From Phoronis australis (taxonomy: Eukaryota > Animalia > Phoronida), in NCBI GenBank assembly GCA_002633005.1, contig NMRA01000872.1:1-64000 (forward strand): a DNA stretch of 64,000 bases, written 5' to 3'. Positions 52,871 to 64,000 of the stretch are shown in pieces. The notes below the pieces were generated by a model, which searched no databases, was not told the DNA's origin, and worked only from the letters and a program-made list of their open reading frames with translations. Position 1 is the first letter of the stretch, and the number at the start of each line of letters is the position of its first letter. Both the position numbers and the translations under genes were made by a program.

Positions 52871-54584
52871 GGTCGTCTACATGATGCAAAAGCACTCTGC
52901 ATTTGCCCCAGTATTTGGATAGAATGGTCATATGCGTCTAATTAAAAAGACGGTCTTGAAATGCTCTGACCACAATACATGGGCGGCCCACCATAGGGGG
53001 CTGGGGGGCTATAGCCCCACTTTTTTTCGGTGGTACGCCGCAAATAGCTGGTTGTCCACAGGGGTGCTGAGAGGGATTTAGCCCCACTCTTTTGAGTACT
53101 GCACCACCGTGTAATATACATACATTGTACGTGTATGGCTGAAGCAAAAGATTCTTAAGTTTAAAACACTGACAATAGCTCTCTGTAAGCGTTTTGTGGA
53201 GTGAAGGTACCTATAGTTGCCTATATCTACAACGGCTTAACTGACTAAAACGGTGACGCTGATCGATAGAGATAATGATAACCAGAAATTTATTAGAAGC
53301 TTGCCCGAAATGAAGTCGGGACACTGGTAGGCCTCCGAATACATTCTTTAATGACAAGTTAGGAAGCATTTATCCAGATGGCGAATTGATTTTTTGTCAT
53401 AACACAAATGCACCATTGGCAAGAGAAAAAAACAGCGCCATCTTGTGTTGACCTGTCAGCTACAGCACGCAGGAATTCCTCTGAGATTTGTAAGACCTAC
53501 ACTGTAAATATTGATATGCTTGTGTAGATGCAGGACGTCTCCCAAGTGTTTGCATTTAGGGTAAAACCTTAGATTGGGCATGGTACTGTGATGCTTCAAG
53601 GCGGGTCGAATGGAAACCCGCATGTGGATGTAGGCCTAGGCTATTGGTCAAGGGCGATCAAGGGACACGGTACCCGCCGCTATCTTGGACCACTGGCTGA
53701 GTCTGTTGGTCATGCATTAGGCCTACGCGGTAATCATGTTTTCAACACGTTTATAAAAACTCTGATTTTTATTTATTTCAAGCAGCGTATTGGAAGAGAG
53801 CAAAACATATTCACGTGTATTCATTAGAATCTAGCAAAATTCACAAATTCCGAAAATCGACAGAAAAAATTATTGACTGTAAAAAACGAGTCTATAATAA
53901 TATAAGTAAAACAACCACCGACAAACTTTTAAAGTAAGATCTTACTATACTAATAACTTGGTCATAAAAGTTTTACTTTCAGGTGACTGTCATTAATGCC
54001 ACAGCCAGATTTAAGGGGGAAGGGGGCAGCAAAATCACGAAGAAAAATGAGTTTGTTAATTAACTCCGATAATTAACATTATACAGCCGAAGTGCACTGT
54101 AAGATTTGACAATGTGTGGAGTTTTAATAAGTGTGTGCCTGTGTGTGTGTTTCTGGGGAGCTCAGACTCGACATCACTTGTCTAATCGAAGTCTCAGTGA
54201 ATAATTAAGAAACTCATAATTCTCTCTATGTCAAACATTAAACATTAAGACGGTTTGCGAAGCAACGCGTGGTTGTTGCCGACACGATAATGAATTTGGT
54301 ATTTTCGGCAACCTAAGACTGCTTCTTCAACACTTTTGCTACAAACTGGTTGCAGAAAATATAAAACATGCAATAAACGTTACAGGAATGAACAGGTTTG
54401 CATGCGAACGGTTTGGACCATAAACAATTATGTCTCTTACTATTTGGGCTTAGTTGAAAGCGTGGTAGCACAATGGAAGAGTGCGCGCTCTCAGATCCAG
54501 AAGTCGTCACTTGAAGTCCACCCAATTTATGAATTTCCCTTATTAAATCACAAGCGGCGATTACTATGTTAAACGTTGAAACAA

Positions 54585-54784
54585 CCCTTACAAAAATGAA
54601 CTTAAGTTTTCATCGAAAAACTTAAGTTTTTGGTCTGAAAAACGTAAGTTTTCATTCACGAAAACTCAAGTTTTCTGAAAAAGTTAAGTTTTTCGGAAGC
54701 ACTTAAGTTATTTTCCAGAAACTTAAGTTTTTTTGTCCAAAACTTAATTTTTCAACGAAAAACTGAACTGCATTTTTGTAAGGG
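54585..54784. mobile_element. Complete 200-bp MITE, CACTA/EnSpm(CMC)-type, filled with palindromic AAAACTTAAGTTTT units
   Basis: Perfect 14-bp TIRs CCCTTACAAAAATG / CATTTTTGTAAGGG, flanked by AA on both sides (2-bp TSD); nine internal units at ~20-bp period. Confidence 0.85.
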
Positions 54785-55428
54785 AAGAATGATAAATCAC
54801 GTGATGGATCTATATGAGGATATTTACAACCCAAGTAGGGCCTAATTCGCGAGAGTCCTAGGACTACAGAACAGAGATTGACTAAGATTGTTTTTTTCCT
54901 GTCAGTAACCGTCAGTTGTAACCAATCAAATATTTGGGCATTTACCTTAATTACGCCTCGGAAACCAACGGATTTTGGAGAGTTGACCTTTGTGACCTTC
55001 GCAACTGTAATCCAAACTGTAATAGCAACGTATTTTCCTGAAAATTTAAACGTTTCTCTTTTGGTCCAAAATAAATAACGAAACACCTTCATGTAGCATA
55101 GTATATTGTACCAATTTCAGTAAAATCTCACTTAAATGCAGGCAAATGAGTCCACGTTAACACTCTTTTTTCTGACTTAATATCATGTACAGAGAGCCAT
55201 TCTGTATGTTCTGCTTTGCTAAAGAACATGTATTCGAAAATATCTTGTCTCTAGCGAATAGCCAATTGTTCTTGCAAATACTACAAATGATTTGATGACC
55301 CACACACAGGTCCAAATACGCCACAGCATGGGCAGGCATTTAATCCAGGTCAAGGAAGACACACCCCAATATTAAGTTGCTTGCGTCAACGAAATGGTCC
55401 TACCATGTTTAAAAACCAGACACACCAG

Positions 55429-58400
55429 CTAAGCGAATTGTGTTCCGTTATATGCGTCATTGTATTGCCTGGGCGGCATGCACTTGGGCTGTGTTGACGT
55501 TCCATAGCGCTCGATGGATACTTTTTGGAAGTTATCTTTTGGCTCAACAAATACGGTATCTGAGGACGATGCACTTGGGTCTTCGTCGAAGTAGTTGAAA
55601 GGATACAGAAAGAAATTTAGAGTCATGTATGGCGTTTGCGTCGACGGAGCGTCCTCTGAATGGGGAATATGGTGCGTAGCAAGCGATATCCAAGCCACGA
55701 GGTCCTCATCCACAATGTCTTCATTGTCTAAGATGAAATCTTCAAAGTTCACCACGGGGTTCCAAGGGTCGTTCTGCGTGTAAACAGAACTACTATCCCT
55801 CTCATGATCCTTGTGCTTCGTGACGGCGAGTTGATACTTTGTCCAGGCCGCCCCCTGCACACCAGGTGTGTCGTCGGGAAGGACAAACTTACCCATACCC
55901 ACTGGCTTCAGACGGTAGGCACGCTTAGCTCCGTAACTGTTTACATTGTCTTTGCTGTAAAAGATGCAATACCTCGGTTTATCAAAATCATATTTGTAAG
56001 CAGCGTCTTTCTCTTTCGTTTTCAGAGATCTTTCCATCTTCATTTGTGTCTTCATTCGTCCGGCAAACCATGGGTTCGGTATTTTCTCCACCCCTATGTC
56101 AATGGTCTCGTAACGGTTAGAGCGACCCAAGATGTCAATGTCTGCCTTGAAGTGGAAGTTATGGATGTGCATGTTTCCTAACGCGGTAGTGAACAATCTG
56201 TGACCGTAAGGATCCTCTTCCGGTGTGTAAAATGTCGTTTCTGGATATCCAGTTGAGGCGGCTTTCACTTCCACGGCACCGTTTAAATGGAAAATGTAGT
56301 CGAAGACGTAATCGTAGTTCCATACGGTGGCAGCCTGCCTCACCACAAGTTGGTAATCCGGCAGGCCTGCGTAAGATCTATACCCACCGTTGTAATCCGT
56401 TGAAAAGTGCCTTCTCAGAGGCATGTGGTTGTTAAGCTCGAAGACGCAAACAGACCTCCGGTTACGTTTTGGTGTGTGCGTGTTTACGAAGTAATCCATG
56501 TCTAAGTAAACTGCAGTTTCTGGACAGTCAACACCCTCCATCAGCTCGGCGGAGAGCTCACCTAGATTCCATGACACATCGTAGTACATAGCGATTGTCT
56601 CAAAGACGTCGTAGCCCGCATAGATAACGAACGCTTCTTGGAAACTCAACTCGTAAGCGATGCGCTCACCTCGGAATCTCACGTCAAATAGTTGCAATCC
56701 TGAAGAAAACCGGGAACGAATATCGAAACTCCACCCCATATAGTCTATATGGCGGCCTGAGACTTTGAATCTCCTACCTTCAGGCTCATACATCCGGGGA
56801 CCCATCTGGGGTTTTTCGGGCATGCTATGGGCAGATCGCTTTTTATAGGAATAGTACTTCGTGTCTTTGTCAATAGGAATAGTCAGTTTCTTAGCCGATC
56901 CGTCGTTATACGCTGTCAACAATCCGTCTACACTCTCATACTTGACGTTGTTGTAATAGATGCTATCTACCTTCCAGTCTCCTTGCTTAGTTGACTTGTG
57001 ATTTATTGTCATCATGAAACTAACTGGTCGAATATAGTACCCTTCAGATCGCACAAAGGCGATGTACAACGAAGTTCGTTGCCCACTTTCTATCAGGCGA
57101 GGAGCGAAGTCATAAAAATCAAGACAGTCGCTGGTTGCTGTGCAGTTATGGTGGCCGGCGCCAAAACTTTCTTTCAAAACCTGGGAAAAGAATCAAAATA
57201 TTATATTTATAATTTTATACTGATCATTTGCTACATCCTGAACACACTCAAGCCAGAGGAATTTTGGAATAGATAAAGAGCGTATTATAACAAGTTCTAA
57301 GCCTGCAGTTCAAATCATGAATTTGGAACTCGACTCGAAAATCAGGCGAATGCATGTCAAGTTTGGTGTAAACTTACAAATTTCCAAACGAATCGTACAT
57401 CGCGATCAGTTAAATTTCAAGTCTCAGTGTTAGTCGCGTCTGTGTCCTGGAATTTGACCATGGGCCTGTTTAGAAAATAATGTTTTATTCTCGTCTCAGG
57501 CGATTTTGAATTGTCAAATCAACGTCATCGTGTTTAACCTTTGCTAGAATTGTGGTTAGAGAAAAGAAAGCTCCTGGAATTCACCTGACTGCCATGCTAC
57601 TTCGGTAAAACTAACCCCCCTTACAAGTAAAATTCACGGACTTACATGTAGTTCAAACAATAACGAGACGAAGTAACTGACAGAGTTATTCAAGTGCCAC
57701 CAGTGCCTCTCGTACTCCATCAATCACTTCCCCATATATTAAAAGGATGTAAAGCCATGTTTTGATGATTTCAGCCAATCATCGTTATGTCATCTGCTAA
57801 ATGCATCACTGGTGTTAATCTTCCAACTTAATGGAAGAAATCAACTCAAAACTCGATCTCTCTTTGTCACAGATTGGACAATATGGTCCTCGGTGGGTAG
57901 TCTTTTGCCGTGTAGGCGTAGGTCACGCTTGCCCATTCATTCGACTTTAATTGGAGTTTTCAAATTTTCCTCCCAGTGTCCTAGGGTTGTTGGTGGTTGG
58001 AGAGTATGTTTTGTTTCAGAGAACTTGACATGAAAGTCGTTTTTCGTATGTGTTAATAGGAATTCCCTTTTCACTAATTAACTAACGAACACTCACTCAG
58101 TGGTCCACAAAGTCGTTCACTTATTAATTAGCTCGCTCGCTCTCTCCCTGGTCACCTTGCCTCTCGGTTCTATCACTAGCTTCATTGCCCATCACTTGTT
58201 CATTTTTCACTCATTAATCCCCTCATTAACTACCTTAGTTAGCCACTCACTCACCAAAACTCACTCACGCAGTCACTCACTTACTCACTTATGATCGCTC
58301 ACTCATGATCATTCACCCACTGATAATCACTTACGTATGACCATTCACTCACTCATCGTAACGCCCTCACTCACCCAGTTAATCTTTCAGTAACTCACTG

Positions 58401-59110
58401 ATCCTCATTTATTGGCCATTCATTCGGTATGTTGCGGCCATTCATACAAGAAAGCAAAGCACGAGACGTTACTTCACACATTGTTCTGACTGTTAACAAA
58501 CCTTGTACAATTTCTCTGAAATTTCTTTGATCATCATATTCAGGGAAGACACTTCTGCTGCGTCCATGAACTTCGATTCATAAGGAAGAGGGTCTCTCCT
58601 GTAGGAAGGGTTCTTGTATAATGTGTGCGTGTTTGGATTAGGCAAAGGGCCAACGATGTACTCCTCAAGACGAGGCGGAGAAAGATCACCCCGCACGACG
58701 ATAACCAACGCCTCTCTTCTCGGCTTTGGACCATTGGAGTCGATGTAATTTAACACTTCCGACTTTTTTGGAAGATGAAGGTCAATAGACGAGATGTAAC
58801 CAGATGAAAGGTTTCTCGTTTGCTTGACAACATCAAATGGTAGCAGATTCAGCGCCTGGTTTATGTAGTCACGAACTCTCACGAGCTCGTCGACGGTTAG
58901 ATCATCAAAGGTGCTGGGGTTTTCAAGGTCACGAGGGATGGTCGGAATGTCGTGGCTGCAAGATGGACCTCCTTGCACGATTGGCTCTGCTGCTGAACTT
59001 GATTTCCCTTGGTGCGAAACAACGCCAAGGGCAATCGCCAACGCGACGGCAGTGATAACGGCAAATATGGCCACTAGACGCCATATGACGTTTGCTCGTT
59101 CAGATGGCAT
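55429..59110 (-). CDS. Copper-containing amine oxidase (AOC1/AOC3-like, TPQ-dependent), type II membrane anchor, 786 aa, 2 coding exons
   Basis: Exons 59110-58502 and 57180-55429 (phase 0, GT-AG). N-terminal hydrophobic helix LVAIFAVITAVALAIALGVV; catalytic Asp in YYDVSW; TPQ motif TVWNYDY (Tyr codon 56316-56314); Cu ligands HIH (56169-56161) and HHIPHSED; PFNYFDEDPS. Confidence 0.95.
58085..58400. repeat. Degenerate (TCAC)n microsatellite in the amine oxidase intron
   Basis: Repeated ACTCACTC/ATTCACTC units. Confidence 0.8.
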
Positions 59111-59594
59111 GTTGTGAGAGTTTCTGAAAATTTAATATGAAAAATAGGTAATTGACAAGAAAAGGCGGTAGTCTCACTTTTTAACTTAAATTTTACTTGA
59201 ATCCAATTCGTTTCACAATGCAACATTAAGGGAGTCACTGGACTGTCCTTGGTGGCAAGGGCGTGATTGAAATCTTACAGCAGTTAAATGAATAGAAGTC
59301 TAGACTTGGAAGGCAAAATCCTGCATGTGGCATATGTATCCCGTTGTTCCAGCTTGCGATCCCGAGATTTCACATGATAGTCGGTACTGACTGTCAATTT
59401 CTGGTAGTCTGCTTGTCAACTGAGATTTGAACAAATGCTGTAGTTGACAGGTGTGCGATACGAATATTATGTATGAAGTAAATTACTTATATTTTGCTTA
59501 TTGTATTATCATACTCCATCAGGAGCTGATGAAAGGCTTTTAATGCTAATAAAGCAACTCTACACCGTTCCCATTGCCCTAGTGTTAAAAATAT

Positions 59595-61682
59595 ATTTTT
59601 TTTCGGTTAAGTATTTTTATTTTCTCTAGCATGGGTATTTACAATTTACACGACACAATAAAACAATACAGTATACAAGTACATTAGTTGCAACAAATTG
59701 TCATCAAGTATCACAATTTGGTATACAGAACAGAAATACAGATATGTAAGAAAAAAAAAATCAAGCCATTCTCACCCTTAACATACACGCCACACGCAAC
59801 CGCCCCCCCCCCAACCTACTCTTAGTAGGATGTTGTCAGGCAAAAGTTATGGTTAACCAGTTTCTCCAGGTTGCATGGTATTCATCTAAATTACCATTAT
59901 TTAATAAAATCCTTCTTTGAATATAAAATTCTCTTTCTAATATCTTAAGGAACTGACAGAAACTGGGGATTATTTTTTTACACCTGGATAGGTAAATAAA
60001 ATGTTTTAATTGCAAAAGTATCCAATTTAAAACTTTATTTTCATTACTTATGGGCATCCCAAAAAACATTGTTTTTTTGTCAATAACCATATTTATACCT
60101 TTTACCAACAACACCCAAATGCGTAATTCTCCTATCAATGTTTTTACATTATTGCATTCGAAAAAGATGTGATCCACTGTTTCACTTTGTGAATGACAGA
60201 AAGTACATACATCAGAGTCCACCAGGTTAATTTTTCTAAGAAAAGAGTTGGTTACAAGTATTCTATGTAATAGTTTAAACTGCAGTGTACATAACTTGAA
60301 ATCATAGGTAGTTTTAAAAGACATTGAATATAATTTTTTCCAGTCATCACTTCGAAAGTTATAACCTTCCTTTTGAAATTTTTTTTGGGCAATAGGCAAA
60401 ATGTTGTTGTGGCAGACACTTTCATATATCATTTTACATATTGATGTGCAGTTTAAAAAATTACGGATATTAAAAGGTATTATTGGTCCATATATCTTAA
60501 TTAACTGCATTTGTAATGGTGTTCTCCTCAGAAACGACCTAACAGACTCAATCAGAGAACAATATTCCAAAAAGTTTGTAGATATGTTCGAGATCTTTTT
60601 GAATTCAGTAAATGAGTAAAATCTATTATTTTCATCAAGTAGGTCATTAATAAAAAGAACACCACCACTAGCATACTTGCTAAAGAAGATAGATTTTCTG
60701 TCTATTAGTATTTCATCGTTATGCCATAAACTTGTTGAGAGTAAATCGTTCGCATCTTTATGGGGCTGTTTACTAATGAAAAAAGACCAGTTACTTAGAA
60801 CTTCGTTCCAAAAAGGATTGATTACATCAGTATGGTATTTAATAAAAACATTTCCAAAATTTATAATATTTGACTTTGCAATCCCTGTTTCAAGTTCAAA
60901 CAATTTCACCCATTTTGATTCAGAATTAAGTAATCTCTTTATCCATGAAATTTTTATAGCCTTGTTAAAAAGAATAATATTTAACATTTTAACTCCCCCT
61001 TCCTCATAAGTTTTGATTAACACATCTCTCTTCACTCTCTCAACTTTGTTATTCCAAATAAACTTAAAAATGCTTGCATTCAATTCATTCATAATAATGT
61101 CTGATGGAGTAGGCAGAGTTGTCATAATGTGAATAAGTTTTGGCACCATCAAGGTCTTCACCACCGTAACTTTCCCGAAAAAGGAGATTTTTCTTCTAGA
61201 CCAAATTTTGATAAGATTATTGATTTCATCAATCCTCTCATTGTAGTTGATGTCAATCATTTTTTCTAGGTTAACACTAAACTTGATACCTAGCATCTTA
61301 AATTCCGTCATGCCCCATTCCAACTTCCATCTTGCGTGATGGAAAACATCCTTGCAAAATTTTTTACTGCCCAACCAAATAACATTAGTTTTGGAAAAAT
61401 TTACTCTCAAACCAGACATATCTGCAAATCTACTCAAAACTTCCATAATAGCTTCCAAACTACGCCTTGAACCATCTAAGAAAAACGTTGTGTCATCAGC
61501 ATACTGAGTAAGTATAAATTCCTCATTTCCTATTTGAATGCCTTTAATTTCCCTATCTTGTTTCGTCATCATAGCTAATATTTCAGCACATAAAATAAAA
61601 ACATACAGAGAAAGAGGATCACCTTGTCTACAGCCCCTGTGCAGAGTAAAACTTCTGGTCAGGAAACCGTTTTGAACAATGT
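59595..61682 (-). mobile_element. Young 5'-truncated Tx1/L1-clade LINE (RT 3' half, CCHC knuckle, 3'UTR, short poly-A)
   Basis: Uninterrupted frame from ~61680: VQNGFLTRSF..RGCRQGDPLS..QYADDTT..GLRVNFSK..GGVKM..CTFCHSQSETVDHIFFEC, stop at 59836. AATAAA near 59620 and an A-run near 59596-59603 (minus strand). No clean TSD found. Confidence 0.95.
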
Positions 61683-64000
61683 ATTATTTGTCCTAGGTAC
61701 ATGTTTTCAGTATCGTATTTGTGGTGCTTGATTATGCGGATATATTTCGAGGTACGTGTAAGCTTTCGAAAGAATTGCAATACGTCTAGATTGTTGGGCA
61801 CAATACATGTACTCCTAGTTGTTAGACAATGGTAGTACCCACAGCCAGGTACCCGAAGCCCGGAATCGCAAGTAGATCCCTGTGATCTTCTGTTTCAAAA
61901 TGTTTGGAGCCATTAGACCGCAAAATATTCCAAAATATATGTGGAATTTGTTCGGAAGAAGTTTTTCGATGACAACAGTTCTTAACTTAATTCATCTCTA
62001 CATATAAACATTCCACCCTAAGCCCTATATTCCATAGTAGGAACTAACACATGAACTAATGAATGCAAACAAATCCCGCGGAAGCGTGGCGCAACCTACG
62101 CAGCGCGAGATCGAAGTTGTCATTCCAAGCCTAGAGCTCTAGCGTTAATGCAACAACTTGTTCCAATAAACAAGCTAGATAATTTAACCCACTGTATGCT
62201 ATAGTGCCCTAGTATCAGTTACCCAGGCATCTCGGCGCTAAGCACTATGTCCTATACTAATATAGATAAGGACAACTCAGGCCAAAAAGTCATAGTTGAA
62301 GCGGGTCGACTCATTTTTAGGCCTTTACTCACTGACTAAATTAAAAAACGCTCGCTTGTATCCATTTTTGTCCGCACGTTAGAAAGGGAACACAAAATTT
62401 GAAACGTCATGATTTAGCTGTGGTGGGTGAAAATTTACCCGCATCATTTTTGCTTGTTTCAGGTGGGTTTTCTTTTTTGAAAAGGTGAGCAACAAAAAAG
62501 ACTGCATCACCGATTCCATTTAAACGAAAAATGAGACATCAAATTCAACTTTGCCTTTTTGTCCTGATAAAATAGTCACAGTCATGACATCTGCGTTGAA
62601 GTTGCCGTTGAGAGGTTTTCAAAACTTAAAAGTTTTAGCGACGGAAAGACGATACCTTTTCAGTGCAGACTGAATTTTAGACTTAAATCTCTGGAAAATA
62701 CAATAAACGTAGAGGCCCATGACCATACCTCGACAATTTCAAATTTCAGATTGAAAATCACGGTAACCGGTGAGTTTACTGATCGATAAACTGTGCGCAA
62801 ATTCCATACACTAGTTTAAATGCGTCGTTGAATCTGTGGAAACCGCTTCACAAGACTGAAGTACATAAAGAAATTGTTCTCACGATAATTGCCCTGTCCC
62901 TTGTTTCGGATTTTCACCTCAGTGCTGCAGCAACTGGTTATCACCGACTGGTCATTCGGCATATACAAAAGCGAACTAAATGAAAAACAACGCAGCCACG
63001 ACCTTGTGTCACCTCAATCGTTTATCTATCTCAGCAAATCTTTACCTGAAAACTTGATATCACTTAGGCGATACCGTTGAACGCGTCTTATCTGCCATGG
63101 CACAGTTTGGAAGTAAATTATGTTTACCTTAGATTGGTTCCGTAGTCGGGAAGATCTCGCCAATGAACCCAATGTGATCACGTGGTTTGCTTGTAGTAAT
63201 GGGAATATCTCGCAAGATTTTGCTTGTTGTGTTTTCTCGAGGTTCTCGCGTCTACGAAGCTTAAGTATGCAACTTCGTGAAAAACTAAGTAACCCCATTG
63301 ACGTTATTCGTTGATTTAGTGTTTTTATAAAGCTCTCTGCTCCACGTTGGCTTTCTGAGAATTTGTAGGGCAGGCGTACCGAAGGGACCGTCTGTAAACG
63401 AGAGGACCACGTCTCAGTGAAAGATGGACCCTTAATATGAAAGGTTTTCTGTCCCAATGCTCTAATCGCAAAAAAAGGCTATACAGCTGAGAACAGAAAA
63501 GTGACCCTCTTTCCATGCATCATCGGGTAACCCTCCTTCCGTCACTGGGCTATCTTCCTGGACATAAAGAATTTTACAATTTCACAAAAAAAAAACAGGA
63601 AAATAGGGGAAATCGATGCCACCATTAGTCCCCCTTCCCGGCCCTCCGCGAGCGGCTCTTTAAATGAAAGGATATCAATACAACAGATTTTTACGAAGAA
63701 TGCATAACCAGGAGTACATTCGGATAACTAAACTGCAAAACCTGGGCTAACCCGCTAAATGCTCGGACAATGGCCTCGAACTGGTAGCTGACAAAGGCTC
63801 TCTTAATTACCTCGTCTGAGCGCTTAGCTGTGTCTTGTCACAAATGACCTTCGCCCCCGGCATTAGGGCAAAGGGAAACTTTTCTAAACGATAAATACAT
63901 GTAAGGACACCTTTATCTGTGTCAAACTCGGAGCACGCTATCTGCGCTTGCACATGACAAAGTCCAGTCTCATTGAGAAATCATGTGTTGACAAAGAACA

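Noticed and set aside
52978-53111. hAT-type MITE with GGGGCT/AGCCCC motifs
   Set aside because: Termini match poorly and no 8-bp TSD was found.
54599-54769. CRISPR-like repeat-spacer array
   Set aside because: Spacers are only a few bases, the repeats are degenerate, there are no cas genes, the context is eukaryotic, and the array is bounded by TIRs.
59523-59560. Hammerhead ribozyme (GAG-CTGATGA..CTC)
   Set aside because: The GAAA core is missing and stem II is weak. Similar partial matches at ~13826, ~20984 and ~34762 also lack the core.

Overview
AT-rich animal genomic DNA with spliceosomal GT-AG introns, most likely a marine invertebrate (inferred from the gene and transposon families; not shown directly). 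Three host genes can be rebuilt exon by exon with consistent intron phases. (1) A minus-strand NIDO + TIG/IPT-domain gene (SUSD2/Mesh-like), 7 exons at 28877-830, running off the left edge. (2) A complete plus-strand 14-exon chloride-dependent alpha-amylase (36134-47769, 728 aa) with an extra C-terminal domain like that of the Pseudoalteromonas haloplanktis amylase precursor. (3) A complete minus-strand 2-coding-exon membrane-anchored copper amine oxidase (59110-55429, 786 aa). Introns and intergenic DNA hold many mobile-element remains: HERO/R2-group, RTE-X-like, L2/Crack, Tx1/L1 and Penelope-like retroelements, an ISL2EU DNA transposon (THAP-DDE plus YqaJ exonuclease) with a nested LINE, and a 200-bp CACTA/EnSpm-type MITE. 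Three single N characters mark assembly joins. I found no convincing wholly new system. The best second-look items are a fold-back insert with Pol III box-B and hammerhead-like layout inside the Penelope element, the amylase C-terminal domain, the ISL2EU nest between two head-to-head genes, and a strong excess of the palindrome TACATGTA. All family assignments come from motif recognition by eye, not database searches.
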